Source of the DNA: Cladosporium halotolerans
Lineage: Eukaryota
NCBI RefSeq assembly: GCF_011745625.1
Contig: NW_027191508.1
Span: forward strand, 1-64,000
Length of the DNA: 64,000 nucleotides
Direction of reading: 5' to 3'
Below the pieces are notes generated by a model. It searched no databases, was not told where the DNA came from, and saw nothing but the letters and a program-made list of their open reading frames with translations. The translations under genes and the position numbers were made by a program. Positions 36,283-47,947 of this stretch are shown piece by piece. Position 1 is the stretch's first letter, and each line of letters starts with the position of its first letter.

Positions 36283-36400
36283 ATGGATATATTCGAGAAA
36301 TTATTCATACATCACCGAGAATGTCAGGTTGTCATATGTAAGCGATGCCAGTTCGCCGTCAACCCAGCCAGCGTGAGGGGCCATATCCAGAGCAAGCATA
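36283..36400 (+). pseudogene. 5' fragment of a DUF3505-type gene, paralogous to the ORF starting at 21237
   Basis: MDIFEKLFIHHRECQVVICKRCQFAVNPASVRGHIQSKH versus MEQFNKLFVHCPEYKVIICRRCRFAV. Confidence 0.75.
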
Positions 36401-36747
36401 AGTGGCACGGGCTCAAGTAAGATGTTTTTCACAAAGTACTTGGCTACAGTACGTCGCTGTTGATGCGCGCGTTGATCGAACATGCTTCCGCGCAGATCGC
36501 TCGCCCGAACAATTTCCCCGACATCGCGGTCTCAGGGTAAGGGTTGTGATGGCGCTCAGGATTAACGTATCATCAACGACGTATCGTCACAAGCACGCGA
36601 ATTGAGGCTTGCCCGACGCACTGCTGGTAGACTATACGTTGTGTCACAGTGTCCAATAGTCACACGTCCTGTTCTGTTCACTACCCTTTAAGAAATCGCC
36701 TGTTCGAACAGGGTTCCCTTTAGTGTTCGTACCATTGGCAAGCTTGG
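36400..36747 (-). mobile_element. Partial copy of the hAT MITE at 59615-60088
   Basis: ccctttagtgttcgtaccattggcaagcttg is the reverse complement of the MITE left end. Left boundary approximate. Confidence 0.7.
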
Positions 36748-37769
36748 AGAAAGTGATGGCTTTTGATTTTTCCAGGTGTAAACGGCCTGAGATGAAGTAG
36801 CAGATGCTCAGAACATCTGGTACTGTAGCGAGGTGGCTTATATATATATCAATGAGATCTCAGTGTGCTCGACGTGCAGGTGAAGGCGCCTAGTAGCTTA
36901 GTCCTCTCTATCTATTGGCGGCTAGTGGACCGAGGCACGCGTCGAGGCGCATAGTCACATTATCCGGGATTCCCTCACTGTGTCAATCGGATGTGACCAT
37001 TGGTGGTGTAAGCGCCCGATCGAACGCAGGCAGGCGGTGTTGTACGAATTGAATCAGCTGCAGTAGAGAGGCGAGGCTTCTAGCCGCCGCGAATGGCACT
37101 CTGTCCAAGCCATTGGTGCCCACTGTACCTAGCTGCTATGGCGAAGGAGCTTCCGCACATGCCACGACTAAGAGTAGTGTACATTGGCATCTGTTTCAAG
37201 TGGTACTCTGCACATGCCACTGCTACCTGGCGCTGTCAGCAGCCATAGTCGGTGCTTATGACGGTGGCACATGGAACGTATGCCATGAGCGCCTCCGCCA
37301 GCGAGGCGGGATCCTCCGGCGTTGCTCCCGGCTGCGACTCTTGTTTAACGCGTCGGGCCAAACAGGTTTAGCGGGAAGCGGGGAGGCCATCGCAAGTTTT
37401 GATTGGCTGTTCAAAGATAACGGGTCGATATCTTTTGTTGCACGAGAGGGCGACCTCTCGTTGATGTGAATATTTGTGGGTTGATTGATTGTTCTTGTTC
37501 AAGCGCGCGGTCTGGTAGACCGGGCCTTTGTATCTAGTGTCTTGGCAAGCTAATCCTGCGATCTGCGACTTGGATTCCCAAAGTGCCTCGGCCTGCGACA
37601 TCTTTACAGCATGAGTATCCAGAGTCGTTTGAAGTGCATACGCGAATAAACGCATATACGTGAGCTTTTCGTGACATCTAATTTTGCTTCCTCTTATGGT
37701 AAGGCGTTGTTTGCCAGACCGTGAAATCAGGCATCTGTTTGTTTGCTGATCACCCTGAGCGAGGCACAC

Positions 37770-39023
37770 TCAAGCCCACTTCCCAAGTAACGCCATCAGG
37801 AATGCGCCGACCGCCATAGTTACCACAGCACCTACCACCTCTCTCAAAGGCGCCCGCTGCATGTCTCCACTGAAAATGAATTCACGAGCGATGAGTTCCA
37901 CAAGACCTGTGTAGATTAAGATGCCCGCCGAGATTGAATCAAATACACCGTACACAATCAAAGTCGTCTGGCTTCCAGGAGCGAAACTTCGCCTCATACC
38001 TAATCCAATCGAGATGGCGATGGGCGTAGAAATGGCGTAACCTAAGCCAAGCCAGTACGGCGTCCAGCGCTTGGACTTCGGCCATTCAACAACCGCGAGT
38101 CGGCTACCGAGCGCGAAGCCTTCGAAAGTCTGGTGGAAGACGAGCACGACATAGAGGATGGGGAATTCTTCGCCAGCAACGGCGAGGGTCAGACCGATGA
38201 AGACGGAGTGGAAGATTACGCCGAATTCGAGGATTGCAATGGAGGTGATCTGGGCGGCGTAGGAGTCGGGGTCGAAGGTCCTGGTGCGGATTTGCGCGTG
38301 GGTTGAGGTAGGCGACTGATCGCGGGCGTGCGAGAAGTGATCATCTCCGGGCACTTGAGGACCGGCTGGGCTGGCCGATGGATGGCCGTAAAGGGAGTCT
38401 CGGAGAAGGATACCGACTGGTTCGTGTACGGCGCCGGTAGCACCCTTGCCTTTCAATGGCTCGTCGTGGTATCCTAAGCTGTTTTCGGTGTCTGGAGTGT
38501 GATTTCTGTGCAACTGTCAGCACACTGATGAGGTATTTCCACCACGTGGGGGACTCGAGACTCAACTTACACTGGACGGCGTTCCACATCGTGGTCATGG
38601 TTGTGCAAGTGTCCAAATCGCGCAAACCGCATGGTCATGAGCTCAACGACGAACAAAGCAAACACGGCCATGAGAGAAATGCCTTCAACCCATGGGTATT
38701 GTATTATCGCACCAGTGAGGCATTCATCACTCAGCGCCTCATGTGCGGGAGCCAGCAGCTATTGAATGTCAGTATCTGCCACCACAAGATCGAAACCTAT
38801 CCGAGGAACGACATACATGTATGAATGCCGTGGCAATGATGACTCCGGACCCGAAGAATTTCGCAACGAAGAACATCCATGACGGAACTCCTACGCCACG
38901 GTGCCTCGCCGCAAACACTGGGAACCATGCACCCAGGGACGAGCCGACAAGAATGACAAAAATGGAGGAGACGCGCACACCCAGGCGGCCATCGAAATCG
39001 TTATTGGTGGGGCAGTCCGACAT
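37770..39023 (-). CDS. ZIP-family (Zrt1-like) zinc/iron permease, 3 exons
   Basis: RVSSIFVIL, KFFGSGVIIATAFIH, ILEFGVIFHSVFIGL, FHQTFEG, DSISAGILIYTGLVEL, LMALLGKWA. Confidence 0.93.
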
Positions 39024-39339
39024 AGCCACCGGAGGTGCAGGAGATTGATGTCGTTGGGCAAATTGGCTGGGAGGCGGCTTCCGATAAAGAGTTCGAGGTC
39101 AGACACTGAAGATTGGGAGCTACACAGCGAAGAAATTGATGGCAGTGTGGTGGCGGCGCCAGTATATAACGCAGCGGTGGTTCGCTTCCCCAGGAACTAC
39201 GTTGTACTCACGAACCGTGCACTCAAAGTAGGCAAGCACCCCGATGGTTGGCCAGACCACAGTGGTGCCGTGTGCTGAACACACGCGAGTTATTGGCTCA
39301 ACGAATTATTAGCTTCCAATAGTAGCACTAACCAGCTCC

Positions 39340-39520
39340 CACTTTCGGCTCTTGGCGGTACCTTGATGGAAGGCTACTAGAGTGGCCCACCTCATGCTCG
39401 AATGTCGTAAATGGAGAAGAGAGCGGGAGACGATGCTGGCAAGGCTTGGAGCCAAGAGAAAGAATATCAGCGAGAAAGTATGGTGGTAACCAACTGATCC
39501 TGTTCGGCGAGTCGGTGGTA
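39340..39520 (+). pseudogene. LINE ORF2 C-terminal fragment
   Basis: Translates to HLMLECRKWRRERETML, matching HLMLKCRKWRREREQML of the intact LINE. Confidence 0.7.
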
Positions 39521-39593
39521 GCCGGACAGAGAGCGCACGCCTTCACGTGGTGTCCGGTGTGAGTAGCTGCTATGCAGTGAAACCAAGTGCGCT
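39521..39593 (+). ncRNA. HDV-like ribozyme fold (family A, best-preserved copy)
   Basis: P1 GCCGGAC/GUCCGGU (G1-U wobble), P2 AGCGCAC/GUGCGCU, P3 GCC/GGU, L3 UUCACGU, J1/4 GU, J4/2 CCAA. Confidence 0.8.
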
Positions 39594-39915
39594 ACAAAAC
39601 AGCCAGAAGAGCGATGAGCCCACGTGGCAGTCTCGCAAAAAGTCATCACTTGACGACCCTACCTCTCGACAACGCCCGACATGGTCGACGTGGCCGCCCA
39701 CCTCGCCTTCCTACCGTTGGGAATCCCCTGACACGACACGACAAAGCCTGCGCCAACAGCCAGCGGGCAACACGACCCTACCGCCGCCGACGCGGCCGCC
39801 AACGCCGACTCGACATTGAAGATGAGCAAGAGTCGGGAAAACACGCACAAAACGCACAGGAGCGCGATGAGCCTGCCAGCTCTTGCAGGAAGACCAATAC
39901 ACCGGCTCATGACAT
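39521..39915 (+). mobile_element. SINE-like family A, copy 2 (3' truncated)
   Basis: Same head and body as 35143. Confidence 0.8.
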
Positions 39916-39919
39916 GAGA

Positions 39920-40127
39920 TGACTTCCATCTTCTGCTGAGAGTCGTACGCTTGACCCCATACTTTCTAGCAACAGCAGCTATACAAGGTGACTGTGACAA
40001 GTTTAATTCTGCAAGCGCTGCCTCCATTGGTGCGATGCTGGTGGGATGATAAGTAATTGAACGCGTGTTGTGTACGACGCGCGACGCGTGCATTGACTGT
40101 CCGCGTGCACGGACTATCCAAGACTTC
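39920..40127 (-). mobile_element. 5' end of a pogo-like transposon (TIR + HTH start)
   Basis: MEAALAELNLSQSPCIAAVARKYGVKRTTLSRRWK; end aagacttc-TA resembles the TIR of the MITE at 40297. Confidence 0.7.
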
Positions 40128-40296
40128 TAACGATTACATTGACGTTAAGCAAGCTACCGTATGATCTAGAGCACATTAACCATACAACCGTTCGAAATAG
40201 TTTAGTCACAATAAGCCTGCGGTGACGCAGGATTCCAACTCTGTTGGTGTTATGTACAACCATTGCCGGAGTAGGCAAAGTTGTTGTGAATGACTA

Positions 40297-40448
40297 GAAG
40301 TCTTCCCCCACTTGTGCACATCCCTGGCTCGTGCACACTTTCACAGCTCATTAACAACACCCTTTCACACGCGATATCTCCACAACCATGGCTTCTATCG
40401 AATACAGTGTGCACGAGCCAGGGATGTGCACGAGTGGCGGAAGACTTC
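40297..40448. mobile_element. Tc1/pogo-type MITE with TA target duplication
   Basis: ~45-bp TIRs gaagtcttcc..gtgcacatccctggctcgtgcacac, flanked by TA on both sides. Confidence 0.9.
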
Positions 40449-40760
40449 TACGTCGCCGTCACCGCCTATTAGACGCCCCCACCGACCATCTGCTTATGCC
40501 GTAGGTGCTTCTCTACGTTCTCAGGCCCGCTCCCTGCGCCGGCACCTTTGTATGTTATCATGCCCTCAGAGCCCTGAGGTATTGTGCTAGTACCTCACCG
40601 GATCTATCCTAACGCAGATATCTGGGTGCTTCCTTAAATGTTTTACTTTCCAGCATGTCTGGCTTGGGGTATGTACATGTTCACATACATTCTGGTATTA
40701 CTGAACCTTTGCCTACATTACTGCGCTAGCCTCTATTTACACCGATTTTTGCAAGCGAAA

Positions 40761-43700
40761 CTACTCACGAAAACCAATGCCGGGGATGCGAGTCCGCAAC
40801 AGTAGACTGCTCGCGACAACGCTGATGCTGCTAAGCGCCATTGCAAGCGCGGCCCAAGCTGGATCAAGCCGGACACGAGACCCACCACTCGTCTGGATTG
40901 GATACAAGACCCCTGCAGCAACGGGCAAGGCAATCATGTTGTAGAGAGCTGCCCAAAAAAAGTTGAGGATAACGCGTCGAAAAACCACACGGCTGAGAGT
41001 CACCAAGGTAAGCACCGCACGGAGATCCGACTGCACCAGCACGAAAGCGGCAGACTGCACGGCTACGTCTGAGCCGGACGCGACAGCAATTCCGACGTCC
41101 GCGGCAGCCAAAGCAGGCGCGTCATTGATGCCGTCGCCGACCATGGCGATGGTCGCACGGCTTCGTTTGTTGGTCAAGGCGCTCTGGAAACCTCCACCGC
41201 GTCTTGGCTCGAGCGATTGCTGTAAATATCTCACTCTCTCCGCTTTTTGGGCAGGCAACACCCCGGCAATGATATTACCAGGCGGTATGCCGACGTGGCT
41301 ACCAACGGCGTTCGCGGTCTTGGAATTGTCTCCGGAAAGCATCCAAACATCGACACCCCGATTTTGTAACAACCTCACAACTTCTGCCGCTTCCGGACGA
41401 AGAGGGTCTGATGCAGCCAAGATAGCGCCCAGTCGCCATTTCTCTCCTGAGAAGCGGCAGGCCAAGAGCATCACCGAGTAGCCAGATATTTTCCATGAGT
41501 CCATAAGATCAATGTCTTCTTGCGGCACTTCTACGCCATAGTCCAGGAGCAAGGCTTCGTTACCGACCAAAGCTTCGTATCGGCCTCCAACGTAGCCATG
41601 TGCCGGTTCAATCATGGCTTTGAGACCTTTGCCTGCGATTTCTTCTAAAGCAGAGGTTCGCACCACTGCTGCGCCTTCTGATGTTGCAAAATTAACAGCG
41701 GCTCGTGCAAGCGGATGGCTGCTGTTCTCTTCCACGCCTTTGAGCATTCCAAAGATAGTTGACTGTTCAAGCCCGGCAACACCGGTAAATACTTTGTGTT
41801 GCACAATCCTCGGCTCAGCACCTTCTGTGAGGGTGCCGGTCTTGTCGAAGACGACGGCATCCAAATTGCTCGCTTCTTGGAAAGCTTCTCCGCCACCCTT
41901 GACCAGGATTCCGCGTTTCGCGGCCAGTCCACCGCCGACGAAGAGAGCGGTCGGTGCTGCCAGACCTAGGCCACAAGGGCAGGCAATGACGAATACGGCA
42001 ATCGCGAATTGTAATGACCAAAATGGCCAACCGCCGATGTTGTTGTCCAGGTAACTTAGTGGAAGCGCTCCTGAGAGACCGAGGGAAAGCCAAATGATCC
42101 AGGTCGTAACGGCGATGATAACAACTACAGGCACAAAGTATGCCGTAAGCAGATCTGCAATGCGCTCCACAGGAGCACGCTTGGACTGGCCCTCACGGAC
42201 GATCTGAATGATTGAGTCCAACATTGACGCACCAGCGGGGCCCGTGACTTTGATCGTAATTGCCTGGCCTTGGTTGATCGTGCCAGAGAAGATCGCATCG
42301 CCCTTTTGCTTCCCGGCCAGGCGAGATTCCCCCGTCAGACTTGACTCGTCAAAATCGGCCGACTCGTCTAGCAATGTCCCGTCGCATGGAGGGCTAGAGC
42401 CGTGCGGGATCCTGACCAGATCTCCAGTATCAATGAGATCCACGCTCACACGTTCCACAGCAGAATTACCATCCCTGTCATTCTGCACAACTAGACTCGC
42501 CTCTGCGGGCCTCAATTTGCCCAGTGCTGAGATCGCGTCGCCTGACTTTGCTTTCATACGGGCTTCTGCTAGCCGGCCTATAAGCAGAAACATCGTAAGG
42601 AATACGACAGAGTCAAAGTATGATTGCTTCGAGCTCTCAACCATATCCTTGGAAGGGTCCGAGGCGGCCACTATCAACTCCGCCAAAGACGAAAAATATG
42701 CGATGGTCGTTCCTAAACTGATGAGCATGTTCATGCTGCCGAAGCGGTACAACCTTTTCGCGATCGGGACCGAACTTCGGGGCCGCCAGAGTGCGTAGAC
42801 CTCTTTTAGCATTCGCCTGTGGAAGTGGTCTGCTGCAAGGAAGTAAACCGGAGTCGCCATGATGAAATTGGCCCACTCCGCCCGGCTGACGCCATGCAAG
42901 GGGTGCATCAGATACATGTAGCCTGGGTCGTGCTTGGAGACGAGGTTCATGTAAACCACGCCAACGATCAGGGAGGGGATAGCAGTGAGGATGGACAGTA
43001 TTGCACGTAGAAATATTGCCCTTTGTTCTTTCACGAGCATTTCTCGAGAACGCTGCTCGACAGAGATCGCTTTGTGAATGCCAACAGTGAACGAATCGTC
43101 GAGTGCACTGAGGTCGTCTATGATCCGCCGTACCGTCAACTTCGGGGCGTCCGGAATGTACGAGATAGTAAGGGTGGGATAATCCAGCGTCGGCGCCTTT
43201 TGTATATCGGCCTGTAGCCCCCGAACAGTTTCAGAGACGCGCTTCGGGCATTGGGGACAATGCATGCCATGGATCCGCAGTGATATCGTCCTGGACGCAG
43301 CTACATCTCGTTTCGCAAGTGGCTTAAGGTCAACGAGTGTGGTTTTGTAGCCAACCTTATTGATCGCGTTGAGAACAAGGGCCTCGTGGTTCTTGCCACT
43401 GAATGTCACTGAACCCGTATGCGCAACGAGGTTGACTTCGGCTCGTTCCACGAACGGGAGCTCCTTGATGGCGGAGGAAACCTTGCCAACGCAGGAGCTG
43501 CAAGTCATGCCCTCAATCGCATATGTCGCCTCCCAGGAGCCACTCTTGTCCCCGACCTCCTTTTCACCTGCTGTTGCAGGGACGTAGGTCACTTCCATCA
43601 ACCGAGCATCATACCCTGCGTCTTCAGCAGCTCGTATCAATTCGAACGTGACGCTCTCGGCCTCGTTGGTCCTGAAATGCACGTTGGCGCTGCGACCAAC

Positions 43701-44285
43701 GAGGGATACGTCCGCACGGTCCACGGTACTGACATTCTGCAGGGCTTTCGTGACGTTCCCAACGCACGAACTGCAAGTCATACCATCGATCGACAGCGTT
43801 GCCAGATATAGCGGTATTGCGTCGACAGCATCGGATATAGCGACAGACTCCAGAACTTCTGGCCCTTTCGCGGTTTTGCCATACGCGGCGCACACCTGGC
43901 AATTAGCGTCGTGCATCAGACGAGTGGACCCATCCATTTGCGAATGTCGTTTCGGATCCCATCGCTGCACCGCTTCTTCCAGATGGGCGTCAGGGCCAGC
44001 CTGCGCCGGGAGCTTCTCACTTGACGCGGGATCAGCAATTATGTCGAATACCTCGTAGCCAGCTGATGTGAGCACGTCGCTTAACGAGATAGCTGGTAAC
44101 GCGTTCTCGTGGGCGATGGTGACGATGTGGTTGATGATGGAGATGTTTTTGATGACCGGTGCAGGGGTGAAACCGTCCATGAGAGAGGTAATATGACTGA
44201 CGCATGTAGGGCAGTGAAGATTGGGAACCAGGAAGGACGTCTGCAAAAGTGCAACGGGGGCACTGGGGTCTGAGCATTTCTCCAT
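40761..44285 (-). CDS. P1B-type copper-exporting ATPase (CrpA/CRD1-like)
   Basis: Four HMA motifs (LHCPTC, GMTCSSC x2, GMHCPQC), TGES, CPC, DKTGT, SSHP, GDGINDAP, YN and MALSS Cu(I) signatures; intronless 1174 aa. Confidence 0.96.
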   Translation of the reverse strand: MEKCSDPSAPVALLQTSFLVPNLHCPTCVSHITSLMDGFTPAPVIKNISIINHIVTIAHENALPAISLSDVLTSAGYEVFDIIADPASSEKLPAQAGPDAHLEEAVQRWDPKRHSQMDGSTRLMHDANCQVCAAYGKTAKGPEVLESVAISDAVDAIPLYLATLSIDGMTCSSCVGNVTKALQNVSTVDRADVSLVGRSANVHFRTNEAESVTFELIRAAEDAGYDARLMEVTYVPATAGEKEVGDKSGSWEATYAIEGMTCSSCVGKVSSAIKELPFVERAEVNLVAHTGSVTFSGKNHEALVLNAINKVGYKTTLVDLKPLAKRDVAASRTISLRIHGMHCPQCPKRVSETVRGLQADIQKAPTLDYPTLTISYIPDAPKLTVRRIIDDLSALDDSFTVGIHKAISVEQRSREMLVKEQRAIFLRAILSILTAIPSLIVGVVYMNLVSKHDPGYMYLMHPLHGVSRAEWANFIMATPVYFLAADHFHRRMLKEVYALWRPRSSVPIAKRLYRFGSMNMLISLGTTIAYFSSLAELIVAASDPSKDMVESSKQSYFDSVVFLTMFLLIGRLAEARMKAKSGDAISALGKLRPAEASLVVQNDRDGNSAVERVSVDLIDTGDLVRIPHGSSPPCDGTLLDESADFDESSLTGESRLAGKQKGDAIFSGTINQGQAITIKVTGPAGASMLDSIIQIVREGQSKRAPVERIADLLTAYFVPVVVIIAVTTWIIWLSLGLSGALPLSYLDNNIGGWPFWSLQFAIAVFVIACPCGLGLAAPTALFVGGGLAAKRGILVKGGGEAFQEASNLDAVVFDKTGTLTEGAEPRIVQHKVFTGVAGLEQSTIFGMLKGVEENSSHPLARAAVNFATSEGAAVVRTSALEEIAGKGLKAMIEPAHGYVGGRYEALVGNEALLLDYGVEVPQEDIDLMDSWKISGYSVMLLACRFSGEKWRLGAILAASDPLRPEAAEVVRLLQNRGVDVWMLSGDNSKTANAVGSHVGIPPGNIIAGVLPAQKAERVRYLQQSLEPRRGGGFQSALTNKRSRATIAMVGDGINDAPALAAADVGIAVASGSDVAVQSAAFVLVQSDLRAVLTLVTLSRVVFRRVILNFFWAALYNMIALPVAAGVLYPIQTSGGSRVRLDPAWAALAMALSSISVVASSLLLRTRIPGIGFRE

Positions 44286-44939
44286 TGTGGGCTGGTAGAC
44301 GATTAAGTCACAAGTATGATTGCTGGACTTGTAAGGGATAACATGCTCCTTCTACAGCATATTTATTTGCGAACATATAGCGGCATTTGTGCGTCGCACG
44401 TTCACGTAAGGCTAGCGTTCCCCGGCGTGGCGAGAAGGATCGACGCTTTGGCTAGTGACATATGACAAACCTCGCGCCGAGACCATACCGACACCTTGTC
44501 TCTTAGCTCCCGTGTGTTCCTGACCACTGGCTTCGACGCGCAAGTCGCGCATGAAGACGCAAAACCACTTTGGTGGTCTGGCGCACAAACCGCGCACGCC
44601 CGAGCTTCTACTCGGCGACCTCGCCACTTGCTAGAACTTGAAACTTTGTTGATTTGTACCTTCTACAGCTGCAGTGACAAACATCAAGCATTGCCTGGAT
44701 CAATTCGCTAGAGTTGCAGTAGTTCTAGGATCCTAAGGAACCAGATATTGTCTTTTACATCGGCACGATTTCCCCCGTCACGAATCGAAATCCCTCGCCA
44801 ATTATACTGTTGGCCCCCAGCCTTTACACTTCTGCATCGAAGCGCAGCACTCGGAGGGCTGAGAGCATGACGTGTTCAAATAAGCACTTATAAGTTAGCG
44901 ATCATCTTTGTGACAATGCTGTGGAAAAAACATCCAAGA

Positions 44940-45802
44940 CCATCGGTCAACGGGCCCAGCGCCGCTTCAAGACGAAAGGCAACATCTCTGTGCGACAGAT
45001 CGACCATTTCCGGAGAAGAGCCAAAACGATACAGCAGCAATCGTACCTCACTGGACGTGGCGAAAGCAAAACGGTTATCGGGAGAGAGATCGAAGACGTC
45101 TGGACAGCCAGATAGGCTAGAACTAAGTACAAGGAGCAAACGCGGGCGCTAGCGAAAGAAGATGACAATATAGCGGTTGCAGCGGCAATGGAGTGGACTC
45201 GAAGACTACGAGCGAATGAGAGCCTCACGAGAGCCGAGAGCACAGCCGCAACGTTACTACGGACCGAACATATTGGGTTGAACGACTACCTGTTTCGACG
45301 GCGGGGCTTCGGGCTCAAAGCCAGACTGCGATTGTGGCTGGCCGAGACAGACTCCAAAGCACATCATCCTGTTCTGTCCTGCGCACACGCCAGGACGCGC
45401 AGATATGCTTGCAGAGGCAAAGACGACCGACTATACCAAGCTGCTATCGATCGAGGCAGGCTTGCGCGCGGTGACGAGGTGGTTCCTGCAACGAGACGTC
45501 CTCGCCCAGTTCTCGCTGGCAAGGACTATGGACGATGCGAAATCAAGGCGAAGGGGGCGAAGGCCGGGGACGTACGTGGATGAGGATGATGGCGACCGCT
45601 GAAGCGCGTGTAAGATGCACAGCTACCGCTCACTGTATCATAGCCTCACTGACGGAAGGACATGGGCTACTCGTTGCAGAGGAAGGAGTTTTCACCCGGG
45701 TTACCACCACGGTTTTTCTCCTTGATAGCATACATAGCAACAGCCCGCATGGACCCGTAAGGGAGCTGCACCGGGATAATGGAATATCAAATCAATCAAT
45801 CG
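44940..45802 (+). mobile_element. 5'-truncated LINE remnant with (TCAA)n tail
   Basis: LLRTEHIGLNDYLFRR then CDCGWPRQTPKHIILFC in an adjacent frame; 3' tail 45690-45802 repeated at ~47050-47182. Confidence 0.75.
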
Positions 45803-45806
45803 ACCA

Positions 45807-45888
45807 GGCCAGCGAAGGGAGTCCACCTGTACGTGGTGCTGGCTACGAACCTCTCCTGCCGTATTAATGAGAGAGCCGAGAGACTCCC
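45807..45888 (+). ncRNA. HDV-like ribozyme fold (family B)
   Basis: P1 GGCCAGC/GCUGGCU, P2 GGGAGUC/GACUCCC, P3 ACC/GGU, L3 UGUACGU, P1.1 GU/AC, P4 CUCUC/GAGAG. Confidence 0.72.
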
Positions 45889-46594
45889 ACGCCACAGATG
45901 CCGACAGCAAACAATCAAGACAGAGCAAAAGCGACCTGGAGCGCCCAGCGCGGTCTTTCATCATCAGCTCCTCTAAGCAGTCGCAGACACGCCGACAAAC
46001 CGAGACACAGCCCGCGACGCCGATTTCACCACCTACAGTCAACTGGCTCACCTACCTCCCGCCCGCCTACAAAACCCTTGGTCGTTCCGTCACGAGACGG
46101 AAGTGCGGGTTTGGTATCCCCGCAACCGTAGCTGCCGTACAGTCGGGTTTGGTTAAGAACGAGAGGGCGGAAGAGACGGGTAGACAGGAGGATAGAGGCC
46201 GTTTGAAAACCATGGTACGCTGGACATTGCGACGAAGGGGTGCGTGAAAGGATGCTGGACGGACAGACTCCACTGCTTGAAAGGCCTGCTATGCTGGGGC
46301 TCCAAGTAAGGGTATGCTTGAGGCGCATCAACAGGAATCAACACCAAGCATAGGCAAGAAAGCTGCCGAGGGAACGCATCGAGGAGGATAGCGCAGGTGG
46401 AATGGGTTGACTGGAGGGGACGCCAGCCTCGCCTTGTATTCGCACGCGGTACCTGATCTCATCACGACAACAGAGTCACGCTACATCTGCAGGAGACACG
46501 AGGGGATAGAGCTTTTCGTCGCAGCTGTCACGGTCAGGATCTGGGATCCCTGTCAAGTACGCAGATAATTGGTCATAGAATGAATGAATGAATG
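45807..46594 (+). mobile_element. Putative non-autonomous retroelement, family B
   Basis: Ribozyme-like head, no credible ORF, (GAAT)n tail at ~46578-46594. No TSD seen. Confidence 0.5.
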
Positions 46595-47289
46595 GTCCTA
46601 TCTAAGGCTGCTCGGCATTCAGCCATCTCTATAGCCGCAACTCGGCAATGTGCGGAGGTGCTTGGCAATGGTCACCTGACTCAGCAGCATAGCTACTGAC
46701 TCAGTCGAATTACCACAATCCCCGTAACACCGCACGTGATCGCTGGGAAGGCAGGTAAGCCGGGCTTCGGCTTCACCTGCGCTTCTCTCTTGCAGCTTGT
46801 TCGTAGCATCATCATTATCATCATCATCATCATCATCATTGTTCGTAGCTCTTCGAGCTACGTCCTCGTCATCTAAGCAGCCACTGGGTTGTAACCGAGA
46901 CCGTACATAGCTCTGTATCTGATCTGATTGGCAACCATACCCACGCACTGCATACACCGAGTCACCGACACCCGCCCGTGACAGCAGCACCTTCTTACTG
47001 TACTGCAGAATCACTGGTAGCAGGGCGGCGGCCACTCATCTCAGAAGAAGTTTTCACCCGGGTGGAGGCTGATGCCGGAAACCACGGTTTTCCTCCTTGA
47101 ATACCATACATACCAGCAGCCTGCATGGATCCGTAAGGCTAAGTTACACCAGGATAATGGAATATCAAATCAAATCAATCGACGGATCTCTCTGATTGAA
47201 TTGACCCACTTTAAATTACAGGTCTGATTGATTGATTGATCAATCAATAACGATAGAATTGAATTGAAGTGATTGATTGCTGGACACAC

Positions 47290-47631
47290 TGGTTCCTCGA
47301 GACTACGGCAGTGGGGAAGAGGGCAGAAGTCGGAGAGCCGAGAGCGGGACAAGCTCGACGAGTGGGACATTGACCGACTTGATCAAGAATACGAGAAAGA
47401 ATGTGTGGGAGTTGGGGAGGACGGCTGAGGAAGGGAGGCGATGATACGAACTGACAGGACAGTATGAGGCGTCAAGGCCCAAAAGCCGTGGCGTGTCGAT
47501 GAAGCCGGGATGGCGAGTAGGAGCGCAAGAGATGGTGCAGAGCAAGAGCATAACTGAGGATCAAAAAGCCTTCTAGGGACTAGCTGGTTGTGTCATAAGC
47601 TAAATAGCTTGCATACAATATGATTCAAAAG
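47290..47631 (+). mobile_element. 3' end fragment of the Tad-like LINE family
   Basis: gacgagtgggacatt, cccaaaagccgtggc, gtcataagct..atacaatatgatt + A-rich end match 30580-30880. Confidence 0.8.
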
Positions 47632-47947
47632 AATTGTGCGGGGAATGGTGCAGATGACAGCATCCCGGTGATGGCTCTCGCTTAGCTGTTCAACAGCAGC
47701 TGCAGATGGCCGATCCTGAACGGAAGTAGTAAGCAGTCGGGGTGATTCTTCTGATACCTACTGATGAACCATGTTACGCGTAGATCTAAGTAATAAATTT
47801 CGCTCGAAGCTAACCACGTGCCTTTACTGCCCGGAATCTTAACTATCATTATTCTAAGCGTTTCGAGAAATCTACGTGCCTTCTGAGCTCTTCCGCTATG
47901 TTAAAAATGACCGCGATAAGGAATTAGACAGCTCAATATGGGCACTG

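Noticed and set aside
36530..36546. cagggtaagggtt as a telomere relic
   Set aside because: It is internal to the hAT MITE copy (counterpart at ~59800-59820).
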